Virus record (IMG/VR): IMGVR_UViG_2877953467_000004
Coordinates: 1-32,124 of that record
Strand: one strand, 5' to 3'
Source: a virus
Lineage: Duplodnaviria; Heunggongvirae; Uroviricota; Caudoviricetes
Length of the DNA: 32,124 nt
Within the stretch, counting starts at the first letter, position 1; every line of letters starts with the position of its first letter. The notes below the pieces were generated by a model. The model was not told where the DNA came from, did no database searches, and saw only the letters and a list, made by a program, of their open reading frames with translations. Positions 1-9,269 of the stretch are shown here, one piece after another. A program made the translations under genes and the position numbers.

Positions 1-483
1 ATGACGAAGAAAAAAGCACATAAACCTGGTTCAGCGACCATCGCGCTTAACAAGCGCGCCCGTCACGAATACTTTATCGAAGAAGAGTTCGAAGCGGGAC
101 TTGCCCTGCAAGGCTGGGAAGTTAAATCCCTGCGCGCAGGAAAAGCCAATATCAGCGACAGCTACGTCCTTCTGCGTGACGGAGAGGCATTTCTGTTTGG
201 CGCTAACATCACGCCAATGGCCGTGGCCTCCACGCATGTGGTGTGCGATCCTACCCGTACCCGCAAGTTACTTCTCAACCAGCGCGAACTGGACTCATTG
301 TACGGTCGCGTCAATCGAGAAGGCTATACCGTAGTGGCGCTCTCCCTGTACTGGAAAAATGCCTGGTGCAAAGTGAAAATCGGCGTCGCCAAAGGTAAGA
401 AACAGCACGATAAACGTTCAGATATCAAAGAGCGCGAATGGCAGGTGGATAAAGCACGTATCATGAAAAACGCCCACCGTTAA
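1..483 (+). CDS. smpB: SsrA-binding protein SmpB
   Basis: 160-aa ORF whose translation I recognise as enterobacterial SmpB; sits immediately upstream of tmRNA as in E. coli. Confidence 0.95.
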
Positions 484-702
484 ACCTGCACTCCAATTAT
501 TGACCAGTTCCTCACCGCGCCTCCCTCTCCGGCGGCGCGAATGAACATCTTATTGGCTATCACATCCGACACAAATGTTGCCATCCCATTGCTTAATCGA
601 ATAAAAATCAGATCAGGCTACATGGGTGCTAAATCTTTAACGATAACGCCATTGAGGCTGGTCATGGCGCTCATAAATCTGGTATACTTACCTTTACACA
701 TT

Positions 703-1065
703 GGGGCTGATTCTGGATTCGACGGGATTTGCGAAACCCAAGGTGCATGCCGAGGGGCGGTTGGCCTCGTAAAAAGCCGCAAAAAATAGTCGCAAACGAC
801 GAAAACTACGCTTTAGCAGCTTAATAACCTGCTTAGAGCCCTCTCTCCCTAGCCTCCGCTCTTAGGACGGGGATCAAGAGAGGTCAAACCCAAAAGAGAT
901 CGCGTGGAAGCCCTGCCTGGGGTTGAAGCGTTAAAACTTAATCAGGCTAGTTTGTTAGTGGCGTGTCCGTCCGCAGCTGGCAAGCGAATGTAAAGACTGA
1001 CTAAGCATGTAGTACCGAGGATGTAGGAATTTCGGACGCGGGTTCAACTCCCGCCAGCTCCACCA
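703..1065 (+). ncRNA. ssrA: tmRNA (transfer-messenger RNA, SsrA)
   Basis: Begins GGGGCTGATTCTGGATTCGACGGG, contains the tag-reading-frame region (GCAAACGACGAAAACTACGCTTTAGCAGCTTAA) and ends with the T-arm GGTTCAACTCCCGCCAGCTCCACCA; 363 nt. Confidence 0.93.
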
Positions 1066-1075
1066 AATAAATCAA

Positions 1076-1108
1076 GGGGTTACGTGAAAGCGTAGCCCCT
1101 TTTTCTTT
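1076..1108 (+). terminator. Intrinsic terminator downstream of ssrA
   Basis: Hairpin GGGGTTACG-tgaaag-CGTAGCCCC followed by TTTTTCTTT. Confidence 0.5.
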
Positions 1109-1124
1109 GGTAGTGGCGGCAAAA

Positions 1125-1162
1125 TGGCGACAGACTTTTGCGTCCATCTTGCCTGTCGCCAT
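1125..1162. promoter_or_regulatory. Perfect 10-bp inverted repeat (ATGGCGACAG / CTGTCGCCAT, 18-bp spacer) upstream of the 1189 gene; candidate operator
   Basis: Seen directly in sequence; lies between the ssrA terminator and the RBS (AGAGG) of the 1189..1671 ORF. Confidence 0.25.
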
Positions 1163-1188
1163 CTTGAAATCATGCAAAGAGGTTTCAC

Positions 1189-1671
1189 ATGGAAGAACTT
1201 CACTTTGTTTACATCAATGCAAATGGTCGTATCGGTGTTCACTCTATACAGAGCATCAGTTATAGCGAAAATCATATACAGGGCATTTGTAAGAACACCG
1301 ATCGAATAAAAACCTTCCGAAAAGACCGCATTCTTAAACAGTACGATTCACCAGAACAAGCCATTCAGGAGTGCGCGTCATTCCTCCCCGAAAACTACTC
1401 ACATCTCACCAAGCAGTCTGGTCCGAAAAAAAATACATTCGATGTATGTTTCACCGGATTTAAGAAAGCAGATAAAGAAAGATTGGTTGATAAGGCGAAT
1501 GAACAAGGATTAACGGTAAGAACCTCTGTAACCCAAAGCCTTCAGATGCTCTGTTGCGGTTACAATGCAGGCCCATCAAAAGTATCGGCAGCCCGGATGA
1601 AAGGCACAATCATCATAGATGAGCCTGGCTTTATACATTTTCTTGAAACGGGTGAGATCCCAGATGAATAA
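1189..1671 (+). CDS. Small two-domain protein with C-terminal BRCT-like domain; prophage cargo (moron) candidate
   Basis: 160-aa ORF with good RBS; C-terminal half (DVCFTGF...GPSKVSAARMKGTIIIDEPGFIHFLETGE) matches the BRCT pattern of NAD-ligase-type BRCT domains; visibly A+T-richer than neighbouring phage core genes. Confidence 0.7.
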   Translation: MEELHFVYINANGRIGVHSIQSISYSENHIQGICKNTDRIKTFRKDRILKQYDSPEQAIQECASFLPENYSHLTKQSGPKKNTFDVCFTGFKKADKERLVDKANEQGLTVRTSVTQSLQMLCCGYNAGPSKVSAARMKGTIIIDEPGFIHFLETGEIPDE

Positions 1672-1690
1672 AAACCTGCCGTAGCAGGTT
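1669..1690 (-). terminator. Hairpin terminator shared by convergent genes (ogr on - strand, 1189 gene on + strand)
   Basis: ACCTGC-CGTA-GCAGGT hairpin with an A-run on + strand (T-run on - strand) immediately downstream of the ogr stop. Confidence 0.5.
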
Positions 1691-1697
1691 CTCTTTC

Positions 1698-1916
1698 TCA
1701 AAAATTCATATGCCCCTGACCACCTGGCAATGGATGTGGAGGAGCAGTAGCAATCAGTGCGGGTGTCACAATAAACCGGACCACTGTTTCATGGGTAACA
1801 AAAGTGCTCCCGCAGTTAATATTTTGGCACTGGCAGTAACGCTCTTTGGTGCTTTCAGTTACTTGAAAACTGCTCCTTGTGTGTGCCGCATGACCACACT
1901 TTGGACAATTCATCAT
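1698..1916 (-). CDS. ogr: Late-gene transcription activator, Ogr/Delta zinc-finger family
   Basis: MMNCPKCGHAAHTRSS...KERYCQCQNINCGSTF...PHPLPGGQ closely parallels P2 Ogr (C-x2-C...C-x4-C zinc finger); start set at the internal Met pair rather than the longest ORF. Confidence 0.85.
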   Translation of the reverse strand: MMNCPKCGHAAHTRSSFQVTESTKERYCQCQNINCGSTFVTHETVVRFIVTPALIATAPPHPLPGGQGHMNF

Positions 1917-1984
1917 ATCCAGATCCCTACCTTTGCTATCAGAATCATTGTAATGATACACAAAATATCAATATTGAGAACACT

Positions 1985-3085
1985 TTATTCCATTTCAAGA
2001 TCATCAATCTTCACTTCGAGTTCAATACTGGTTGTAAAACCGTTATCCGGGCTGACGGTATGTGTCAGAGTCGTAATGGTCCATTCCGCATCATCTATCG
2101 GCTGTTTAAAACCACTGACCTTCACAGGCATTTCCGTGTAGAGATCTGCCCGCCCTTCCGCCAGTTGTAGCGAGAATGACGCAACGCCACGTTGCAGGCG
2201 TTCCCACTGCATTTTCGCTGCCCGTTCAGCGTTGCTCCGGTTGGCATAAGTGCGATTAAGTACCAGCACGTTTTCATCCGTCCCCACCAGGTAATCGCCC
2301 TGCTTCGCTTCCGGCTCTTTCTTCTGCTTCTTAGTCCTGCGCTTACGCTTCACCGTAGTGCTTTCTTTCTTCGCGGGTTCGCGGGTATGCAACCAGCTGG
2401 CAATTACCCCCGTGTAAGCTCCGCGATCTGCCAGGGTAAAGCGGTGACTGTCGCCGTCCTTACGTGTGATAGTAATCACCGGCAGTGGTTTACCGCTGGC
2501 GCTTTTGCCCTGTCCCTGCCGGATGAATAACAGATTGCCATTTTTCACCGATGCAATGGCACCGTACTGGCGCGCCAGCCGCATCAAAAAACTGCCGTCA
2601 CTCTCATTAGTCTGGTCTATATGCTCCACGGGCTTATCCGACAGGTCTTTACCCAGTGCCATCTTCAGCTTGTGCCGCGCGGCTATTTCCTTCACCACTT
2701 CCCCGATGGTGGTGTTATGCCACGATTTTTCACGGCGGGTATTCAGCGTTTCCCGAAAATCAGCACTTCGCGCCCGGATAGTCAGGCGGTCCGGTGCGCC
2801 AGTGTGTTCAATCTCGTCCACCGTGAATGCCCCTTTCGGGAAAAGCGGCTGCCCCTTCCAGCCCAGCGCCAGCGTAATGACCGCACCACGGCGCGGCAGC
2901 ACGATTTTTCCGTCGGCGTCGTCCAGCTCCAGATCAAGCTGGTCCGCTTCAAAGCCCCGGTTATCCGTCAGCGTAAGCCCCATCAGGCGTTTGTCCAGCA
3001 CAGTGGTGATATCCTTCCCCTCAATACTGATGCTGAATGCGGGAGTTTTGTTGCCTTTGTTAAGCAGTTCAGAGCTGAAATTCAC
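1985..3085 (-). CDS. D: Tail protein D (late control gene D homolog)
   Basis: 366-aa ORF at the position of gpD in the P2 tail cluster, adjacent to ogr; start (GTG) overlaps the U stop. Confidence 0.85.
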   Translation of the reverse strand: MNFSSELLNKGNKTPAFSISIEGKDITTVLDKRLMGLTLTDNRGFEADQLDLELDDADGKIVLPRRGAVITLALGWKGQPLFPKGAFTVDEIEHTGAPDRLTIRARSADFRETLNTRREKSWHNTTIGEVVKEIAARHKLKMALGKDLSDKPVEHIDQTNESDGSFLMRLARQYGAIASVKNGNLLFIRQGQGKSASGKPLPVITITRKDGDSHRFTLADRGAYTGVIASWLHTREPAKKESTTVKRKRRTKKQKKEPEAKQGDYLVGTDENVLVLNRTYANRSNAERAAKMQWERLQRGVASFSLQLAEGRADLYTEMPVKVSGFKQPIDDAEWTITTLTHTVSPDNGFTTSIELEVKIDDLEME

Positions 3086-3567
3086 GACAGCAGCCCTCCC
3101 ACCGTTTTACTGATATCGCTTAAGGCAGACGTTGCCGTATCCTGCAAATTATTCAGCTGCGCACTGAGATCACCGAACATATCGGACAGGGATTCATCCA
3201 CCCGTTTGAGCGACAGGGTAAACTCAATCCGGCGCGGCATACCATCGCGGAAAAACTCCGTTTTAGTCTGATTCAGTCCCTCAATCACATACATGCCGTA
3301 AATCGTGCCGCTGCCTTCAATCAGGGGCCATGCTTTTCCCTGTTCTGCCATCTGCTCCAGAGCCAGCAACGACAGCCTGCCGCCCGTTATCTCCGGCATA
3401 AGAACACCAGAAAGCGTCAGCATGTCGTTGTCCGGTCCCAGAAACTGCGTGGACGGACGACGGTTTACCCGGCTGTTTGCCGCATGTCGCCAGCTGCGTT
3501 GATACTGCAGTTCCTGATACGGAACGGTGCGCAGCATAAACACGTACAATCCCAGCACCATCATCAT
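3082..3567 (-). CDS. U: Tail protein U
   Basis: 161-aa ORF between the tape measure and D, conserved P2 order; overlapping stop/start junctions. Confidence 0.85.
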   Translation of the reverse strand: MMMVLGLYVFMLRTVPYQELQYQRSWRHAANSRVNRRPSTQFLGPDNDMLTLSGVLMPEITGGRLSLLALEQMAEQGKAWPLIEGSGTIYGMYVIEGLNQTKTEFFRDGMPRRIEFTLSLKRVDESLSDMFGDLSAQLNNLQDTATSALSDISKTVGGLLS

Positions 3568-6500
3568 GCGTCGTATCCCCCCTGATCGCTGTAGTTACTC
3601 CTGGCTTTTGCCTTCAGCCTGCGTTCACGTTCATCAAGCTGGCGTGCCACCTCCCGCGCAATATCCTGCGCACTTTGTCCTGGCTGCGTCTGAATGATGA
3701 TCTGCGTCGGTGCCTCAATCCGGTGAACGGGCGGCACAGTGGCTACACGACTCACCATCGCTTCGCCGCCTTTCGCGGGAAGTGCCAAAGGATGCAACGG
3801 TGGAAGCTCTGCAGGCGCGGCAGCAACGCCCATCATTCCGGCAACAACGGCAGCCAGTGCAGCTGTATTTCTCCGGCTGGTCACATTTGCCGGGCCGTTA
3901 ACAATTTCCGGCCCGTTTTCACCGACGATGCCAAACTGCCCACGCGGGATATAGCCGCCGCTGTCATACATCCCCGCAAAGCCATATCCCCATGACGGAA
4001 CCCCCCCCGATGGCATCATCACTTTACCGTCTGCATTCACCGTCGCAGGTTGCTGACGCGTCACTCTTTCCGGCAGTTTCGCCTTTGCAGCCTCTTTACT
4101 GACAATGCCGAGTTTCTCCAGCAACCAGGAAACGCCGGATTTCAGGGAGTCCAGCGGATGCATGACCATATTCAGCCCTTCCGCCAGTGCCTCCCCGAAT
4201 CGCCGCCCCATTGCCGCTGCACTCTGCAGTTCGGCAGAGGTCGACTTAACGGGCGTCAGCAGATCAGTAAACCAGCCCCACAGCGCCTGTACTTTGTCGC
4301 CAATCCACTGGAACACGGGCTTAAGCGGTTCGAATGCTGCACTGACGGGACCTGCCGCCGCTTTGAATCCTTCCACCACGCCACCAAGAAATGCGGTGAT
4401 GGGTTGCCAGTATTTCCAGACAACCAGCGCCACGCCCGCCAGTGCAGTAACCACAAGACCTATCGGACTGAGCAGAGCACCTAACAGACCAGATACGGCA
4501 TACAGGGCAACGCGCAGCATCGCCAGTGGACCAGATGCCAGTACTCGCAGCACCGTGCCTGCGGAGGCCAGTCCACCGCGCAGTACCGCCAGAGGATTCA
4601 TAAACATCACAGCAACAGCACGTAAACCGGATAATCCAGACCGCAAAAGTGCAACCGGCGCACCTGCTACAGTTTTCAGGACATTTCCCGTCAGTGATGC
4701 CGTGCGGCGCAAAGACGACAACGGCGCAGTAAGTAAACCTGCGGCGTTGCCCGATGAAGCAAGCCCGCGTCGCAGCAGTGCAAGTGGTGCGCCAGCCAGC
4801 CAGGACAACGCGCTGCTGGTTCGCGTTACTGCTGCCGTAACGGAAGGTAACGTTTTGATACCCAGCACAGAGAATCCCAGACGGATCACTGCCAGCGGCC
4901 CCAGCACTGCAGCCAGCGCCACCGCTAAGGTGCCGAGGCCGACGGTAACCGCAGCCACAACGGCCGACGCTTTCATCAGTGTGCCTGTCAGTTCCGGGTT
5001 AGCTTCCACCCAGCGACGCAACGCCCCCGTGACGCTTTTCACCGTGTACAGAATATCCATCAGCGGCTGGCGCAGCGTTTCGCCCAGGCTGCTGAAGGTG
5101 TTCTGCGCTCCGGTTTTGACCAGCAACCACTGCGCAGAAAGTGAATCCTTGTTAATGTCGGATTCTTTCTGCATGGAGCCGAGCGCATCATTGCCCGCTG
5201 TCAGTTTTAACTGACGCTGCAGTTCCGGCAGGTTATTTGCCAGTTTCGCCGCGTCATCGCCAAACTCTTTACCAAACAACATAGTCATGGCAGACAGGCG
5301 CTTGTCCTGCGGCAGCGCGTTTACCTTCTCCAGCACGCGCTGGATGGTTCCCATCGCATCCTTCGTCATCTGCTTTTCAATCACTTCAGGATTGAGTTTC
5401 AGCAGATTCATCCCTTCAAAGAAACTCTTGCTTTGCATGGTGGCAATGGACAATTCACGCACCATCGCGTTTGCTGCACTGGCTGCAACCTCCGGCGCAG
5501 CGCCCAGTGTCAGGAAGGTGGAACCCAGCGCCGCCGCTTTACGATAATCCAGACGGTCAGCCACACCGCCCAGACGTTGCATCACATCAATGATGTCTGC
5601 CCCTTTCGACATGGCGTTATCATCCAGATAGTTCAGCGCATCACCGAGCTGTTCAATATTGCGGGTGGGGATTTTGTAGAGCTGGGCGATTTTCCCCAGA
5701 CTTTCTGACAGTTCATCCGCTGGCAGCTCAAAGGCTGTTGCCGCCTTTGCTGCCGTACTGGCGAAGGCCAGCAGGTCACGTTTCTGATCTTCCCAGCTGT
5801 CGTCAGGGTTTGCGACGTTCATGCGCGCACCACCTTCAACCAGTGCAGCGAAGTCCACCGCACCGTTTTCCATCGGCAACTGTTCGCTGGCAGCCTTGAT
5901 GGCATCCTGCATTTGATAAAAACGTGCAGTGCGGTTGCCATTATCGTCACGCAGACCATTGACCTGCTTTGCCACACCTTTCATGGCATCTTCCATGCTG
6001 GTATAGCTTTTTACTGCCGCCATCACTGGCGCACCCATTGCCAGCCCTGCAGCCGTGGTGGTGGCTCCGGCACCTGCAATACGATCACGCACCTCCAGCG
6101 AGCTGACATAACTGGCACGCGCTGCATTCATCCTGCGCTGAGCTTCCCCCAGTCGCTTCAGCCGCGCCTCCTGTTTCGAAAGTTCCTGGTTATAACGTGA
6201 TGTTTCACGGGCTAAACGGGCAGTTGCTCCCGCATCGTCTTTCGCAGAAATTCCCGCCCGGTACAGTTCAGCACGCACAAGCGCCGTCTGCTGCTGCAGC
6301 TTTTTCTGGCGTTCTTCCAGGCGCTGAACAGCCAGCCGTTGACGGCCCAGAGCAACAACCTGACGTTGCGAAGGCGGCCCCATCGCTCCCAGTTCCTGAC
6401 TGAGCAAATTTGCACGCTGGCGGGCATAGTTCAGCCTGTCGCCTAATTTCTGATTTTCTGCCTGCAGCTTTCGGAAGCTGTCCAGACTGCTCCCGGCCTG

Positions 6501-6641
6501 ATCAAGCTGCTTTATTGCATCGCGGGATTTTTTGACAGCAGCAGCCAGTTCTCTTGAACTGGCCTGCGCAGATCGAAATGGGCGGGTGAGCTTGTCAACC
6601 GCATTAAGAATGACCTGCAGACGCAGGTTGTTATCACTCAT
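3564..6641 (-). CDS. T: Tail tape measure protein
   Basis: 1025-aa ORF, coiled-coil-rich N-terminus, Ala/Gly-rich hydrophobic repeats, conserved position after E/E'. Confidence 0.9.
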   Translation of the reverse strand: MSDNNLRLQVILNAVDKLTRPFRSAQASSRELAAAVKKSRDAIKQLDQAGSSLDSFRKLQAENQKLGDRLNYARQRANLLSQELGAMGPPSQRQVVALGRQRLAVQRLEERQKKLQQQTALVRAELYRAGISAKDDAGATARLARETSRYNQELSKQEARLKRLGEAQRRMNAARASYVSSLEVRDRIAGAGATTTAAGLAMGAPVMAAVKSYTSMEDAMKGVAKQVNGLRDDNGNRTARFYQMQDAIKAASEQLPMENGAVDFAALVEGGARMNVANPDDSWEDQKRDLLAFASTAAKAATAFELPADELSESLGKIAQLYKIPTRNIEQLGDALNYLDDNAMSKGADIIDVMQRLGGVADRLDYRKAAALGSTFLTLGAAPEVAASAANAMVRELSIATMQSKSFFEGMNLLKLNPEVIEKQMTKDAMGTIQRVLEKVNALPQDKRLSAMTMLFGKEFGDDAAKLANNLPELQRQLKLTAGNDALGSMQKESDINKDSLSAQWLLVKTGAQNTFSSLGETLRQPLMDILYTVKSVTGALRRWVEANPELTGTLMKASAVVAAVTVGLGTLAVALAAVLGPLAVIRLGFSVLGIKTLPSVTAAVTRTSSALSWLAGAPLALLRRGLASSGNAAGLLTAPLSSLRRTASLTGNVLKTVAGAPVALLRSGLSGLRAVAVMFMNPLAVLRGGLASAGTVLRVLASGPLAMLRVALYAVSGLLGALLSPIGLVVTALAGVALVVWKYWQPITAFLGGVVEGFKAAAGPVSAAFEPLKPVFQWIGDKVQALWGWFTDLLTPVKSTSAELQSAAAMGRRFGEALAEGLNMVMHPLDSLKSGVSWLLEKLGIVSKEAAKAKLPERVTRQQPATVNADGKVMMPSGGVPSWGYGFAGMYDSGGYIPRGQFGIVGENGPEIVNGPANVTSRRNTAALAAVVAGMMGVAAAPAELPPLHPLALPAKGGEAMVSRVATVPPVHRIEAPTQIIIQTQPGQSAQDIAREVARQLDERERRLKAKARSNYSDQGGYDA

Positions 6642-7070
6642 CGTTGGCCCCGCTTCTCTGAATCGCTTTATACCGCCATTCCAGCACTTCGGTCAGCGGC
6701 ATAACGTCAGTAACGGATGGCGGCCAGTGAAAAATGGTGGCGATATCTGCCACCAGATCGTCAACCGTCAGGCTGTCGGTAAACCGGCAAGCACCGACTT
6801 CTTCAACAAAAAAGTGACAACCTCAACCGACATGGCAGTGAGATCTGCCGGGTCCATCTCTGCAATTTCCTGTGCAGTCAGTGCCGGACTGGAGATGCGG
6901 GGGATCACGGTCATCATCGCGTTTACATCCATATCCATAATGGCCTGCAGGCGTGTACCGCGCAGCGCACCGGACTGCGGCTTACGCAGCACAATTTCGG
7001 TGATTTCCGTTTTACCGCGCTTGATAGGGGTATCCAGTTGAATGGTCTTTTCAGTCTGCTTATCGCTCAT
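6634..7070 (-). CDS. E': E+E' tail chaperone fusion made by programmed -1 ribosomal frameshift
   Basis: Slippery heptamer TTTTTTG on the - strand (+ coords 6807-6813) near the end of E; my manual translation of the -1 frame stays open to a stop at 6634-6636, overlapping the T start codon. Confidence 0.5.
6768..7070 (-). CDS. E: Tail assembly chaperone E
   Basis: 100-aa ORF immediately upstream of T, ending ...VVTFLLKKSV with the slippery site in the FLL codons. Confidence 0.85.
   Translation of the reverse strand: MSDKQTEKTIQLDTPIKRGKTEITEIVLRKPQSGALRGTRLQAIMDMDVNAMMTVIPRISSPALTAQEIAEMDPADLTAMSVEVVTFLLKKSVLAGLPTA
6807..6813 (-). promoter_or_regulatory. -1 frameshift slippery site (T6G)
   Basis: CAAAAAA on + strand = TTTTTTG on the coding strand, positioned as in P2 E/E'. 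Confidence 0.55.
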
Positions 7071-7124
7071 TTTGTTGTCCTGTAAATTGGGTTCTGGCGC
7101 GGTATCCCGCGCCGTTCAGATACA

Positions 7125-7640
7125 TCAGAGGCCGAGGGCGTTGCGGTGCGCTTCCATCAGGTCCACACCGTCCACAATTTCCACCATGTTGATAAGGTCC
7201 ACTTCATAGAGCACCTCACCATTGATGGTCAGCTTCGCGTAGCTGTTGGTACTGGTCACTTTGGTGGTGTTGCTTTCGCCCGTCTTCCACTCGCCGGAAT
7301 CCACTTCTTTGTGACGTCCACGCACCACAAGCTCCACGGCCTGCACTTCCCCGGTATCGTCACGCTGGATAGAGCCGGTAAAGCGCAACTGGATGCCATC
7401 CACCGTGGATTTGCCCATCTGCTTAAACAGCAGCAGTTCGGTACCACCAATAGAAAATTCTGTATCCAGTGCACTGTCATCCAGTCCCAGATCCACATCC
7501 ACCGCCCCCGGCATACCGCCGCCGCGATACTTCTCATATTTGCGGGTGAATTTCGGCAGCGTCAGCGACTCAACGATTCCCTGCCAGTTGTTCCCGTCGT
7601 TAAACAGGTTCAGATGTTTTAATTTGCGTGGTAAAGCCAT
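7125..7640 (-). CDS. FII: Tail tube protein FII
   Basis: 171-aa ORF downstream of the sheath gene; conserved order. Confidence 0.9.
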   Translation of the reverse strand: MALPRKLKHLNLFNDGNNWQGIVESLTLPKFTRKYEKYRGGGMPGAVDVDLGLDDSALDTEFSIGGTELLLFKQMGKSTVDGIQLRFTGSIQRDDTGEVQAVELVVRGRHKEVDSGEWKTGESNTTKVTSTNSYAKLTINGEVLYEVDLINMVEIVDGVDLMEAHRNALGL

Positions 7641-7649
7641 GTTGTCCCC

Positions 7650-8822
7650 TTACGCGCTGACCTGGCTGGCGAAATTCACCAGGTACTGATCGGTGATGCG
7701 CTGGCGCAGCATCAGATTTTCAAGTGGCGGCACTGGCGTGTAGTCGTAGTCGATGGTGAGTTTTCCGGCTTTAAGCGTGTCTTTGTCGTTCACCGACTCG
7801 TCCAGCCAGCAATCACCACCAATGAGATAGCCCTGACTGACCAGGCTGCGCATTTTGGCGCGGATACCTTCGATAATGTCGCGGGCCAGCGACGGGTTCA
7901 GCGGTTTGTCCACCGCCCACATGTGTGCTTCTGCCATCGTGTCCGTCAGCACCTGCGCCGTGCGGGTGTAGTTTTCGAAAGCAAAAAGCGGATCATCGCT
8001 CAGACAGCGGGAACCCCAGAAGCGGAAACCATCCTTGCGCACAAGCGTGGTGACGTCGTTCTGGTTCAGCAGACCTGCATCGGTTGCCGGGTCCTGCAGA
8101 TCCCAGAACACATCAGCAGAAATTCCGGTGACACCGTTCACGCCCACGTTGGACAGGCTTTTGTGCCATCCGGTCTGCTCATCAATTTTGGCGCGCAGAC
8201 CGAGCGCACGGGCGGTGGCATAAGCCGTTGCTTCGGCATTCAGCACCGTGTCCCAGCCAGTAAAGTCGGGCCAGATCAGCATTCCTTCACGCTGACTGAA
8301 GTTTTCACGGTAAGTGATTGCTTCCTGCACCGTCTTGCAACCATACGCTGACAGGTAAGCAAACCCACGCAGGCTTTGCGCCACGCTCAGCAACTCAGTA
8401 GCTACCGCCTTCGTGTCGTGACCTGGCACGCCGAGAATGCGCGGTTTAACGCCGAGCTGTGACTGGGCAGATAACAGGGCTTTCATGCCTGTTTTTTTAC
8501 CTTCAGCAGTCACTGCGCCGATGATATTGGTCGTGGTTTCTTCTTCCGTTTCACCCTGCGGCACACGCACAACAACGGTCACGGGTTTTGCCTGGTCAGC
8601 GATGGCATCCAGCGAACGGGCCAGCGTGCCGGACTCACCCGCTTTACCGCTGGCAGTCAGCACATCAGTGATCAGCACGGGTTTATTAAGAGGAAACATT
8701 TTTGCATCGGCATCATCGCCCGTGCAGACCATACCCACGATGGCGGTGCTCACCGTGGTAATGGATCGGGTGCCTTCGTTAACTTCAACAACGCGCACCC
8801 CGTGGTGGTAATCCTGAGCCAT
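7650..8822 (-). CDS. FI: Contractile tail sheath protein FI
   Basis: 390-aa ORF, first gene of the tail operon, good RBS. Confidence 0.9.
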   Translation of the reverse strand: MAQDYHHGVRVVEVNEGTRSITTVSTAIVGMVCTGDDADAKMFPLNKPVLITDVLTASGKAGESGTLARSLDAIADQAKPVTVVVRVPQGETEEETTTNIIGAVTAEGKKTGMKALLSAQSQLGVKPRILGVPGHDTKAVATELLSVAQSLRGFAYLSAYGCKTVQEAITYRENFSQREGMLIWPDFTGWDTVLNAEATAYATARALGLRAKIDEQTGWHKSLSNVGVNGVTGISADVFWDLQDPATDAGLLNQNDVTTLVRKDGFRFWGSRCLSDDPLFAFENYTRTAQVLTDTMAEAHMWAVDKPLNPSLARDIIEGIRAKMRSLVSQGYLIGGDCWLDESVNDKDTLKAGKLTIDYDYTPVPPLENLMLRQRITDQYLVNFASQVSA

Positions 8823-8898
8823 AGTGGCGAACCTCCTGATTGGATTAGGCTTCGCCCTATGTTGAAGTGATTGTGCCTGACAAACAGCTAAGCGCAGT

Positions 8899-8916
8899 TG
8901 TACCGTTATTCACACA
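8899..8916. promoter_or_regulatory. TGT-N12-ACA dyad (Ogr-type late-promoter activator site) upstream of FI
   Basis: TGTACCGTTATTCACACA seen in sequence, centred about 85 bp upstream of the FI start codon. Confidence 0.4.
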
Positions 8917-8956
8917 AAATAACGGTATTTGTCCGCTTGCAGGAAAAATCTCTGCA

Positions 8957-8982
8957 TTTTTATAAACGTTGGTTTTGGAAGT
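8957..8982. other. Candidate Gin/Cin/Hin-type 26-bp inversion crossover site (left boundary of tail-fibre invertible segment)
   Basis: TTTTTATAAACG-TT-GGTTTTGGAAGT resembles gix/hix half-sites around a 2-bp core. Confidence 0.3.
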
Positions 8983-9267
8983 TTCCCTCAATACCAGACT
9001 TTAGGTGATGGCCAGCATATTTTTCAGCACGGCTCTGGCGCTGCGAACAGTTCCGGAATAGCCGATATCGTATTCCCTAAAGCGTTCACCACGACTAACA
9101 ATCTCACCGTAACGGCGACGCCAACATCTCAGCAACCCGCAAACTACATCGTGTCTGTAGGAACCGCTACAACAACCGGAGTGCGTTTATATCTGACGGG
9201 GGCAAATGCAGGATCAACCCCTGTCGCTGCTGCCATTGGATTTCACTGGAAAGCAGAAGGAAGATAA
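8971..9267 (+). CDS. Silent alternative tail-fibre C-terminal (receptor-binding) domain cassette, no own start
   Basis: Open frame ending 3 nt before the + strand tfa start; Thr/Asn/Ala/Gly-rich sequence typical of fibre tips; opposite strand to the expressed fibre gene. Confidence 0.55.
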   Translation, partial: GFGSFPQYQTLGDGQHIFQHGSGAANSSGIADIVFPKAFTTTNNLTVTATPTSQQPANYIVSVGTATTTGVRLYLTGANAGSTPVAAAIGFHWKAEGR

Positions 9268-9269
9268 AT

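Noticed and set aside
541-789. 82-aa + strand ORF spanning the ssrA promoter and the 5' end of tmRNA
   Set aside because: Overlaps a confidently identified tmRNA gene and its promoter; no RBS; composition consistent with a chance ORF.
2466-3271. Two overlapping + strand ORFs (215 and 216 aa) across D and U
   Set aside because: Antisense to conserved tail genes D and U; Ser/Arg/Pro-rich low-complexity translations.
4105-5214. 369-aa + strand ORF antisense to the tape measure gene
   Set aside because: Ala/Pro/Ser/Thr-rich low-complexity translation typical of the reverse strand of a GC-rich gene; fully contained within T.
8901-8927. Hairpin TACCGTTATT-cacacaa-AATAACGGTA upstream of FI as a possible terminator
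   Set aside because: AT-rich stem, no convincing T-tract, and it coincides with the TGT-N12-ACA dyad, so it is better explained as the activator binding site.
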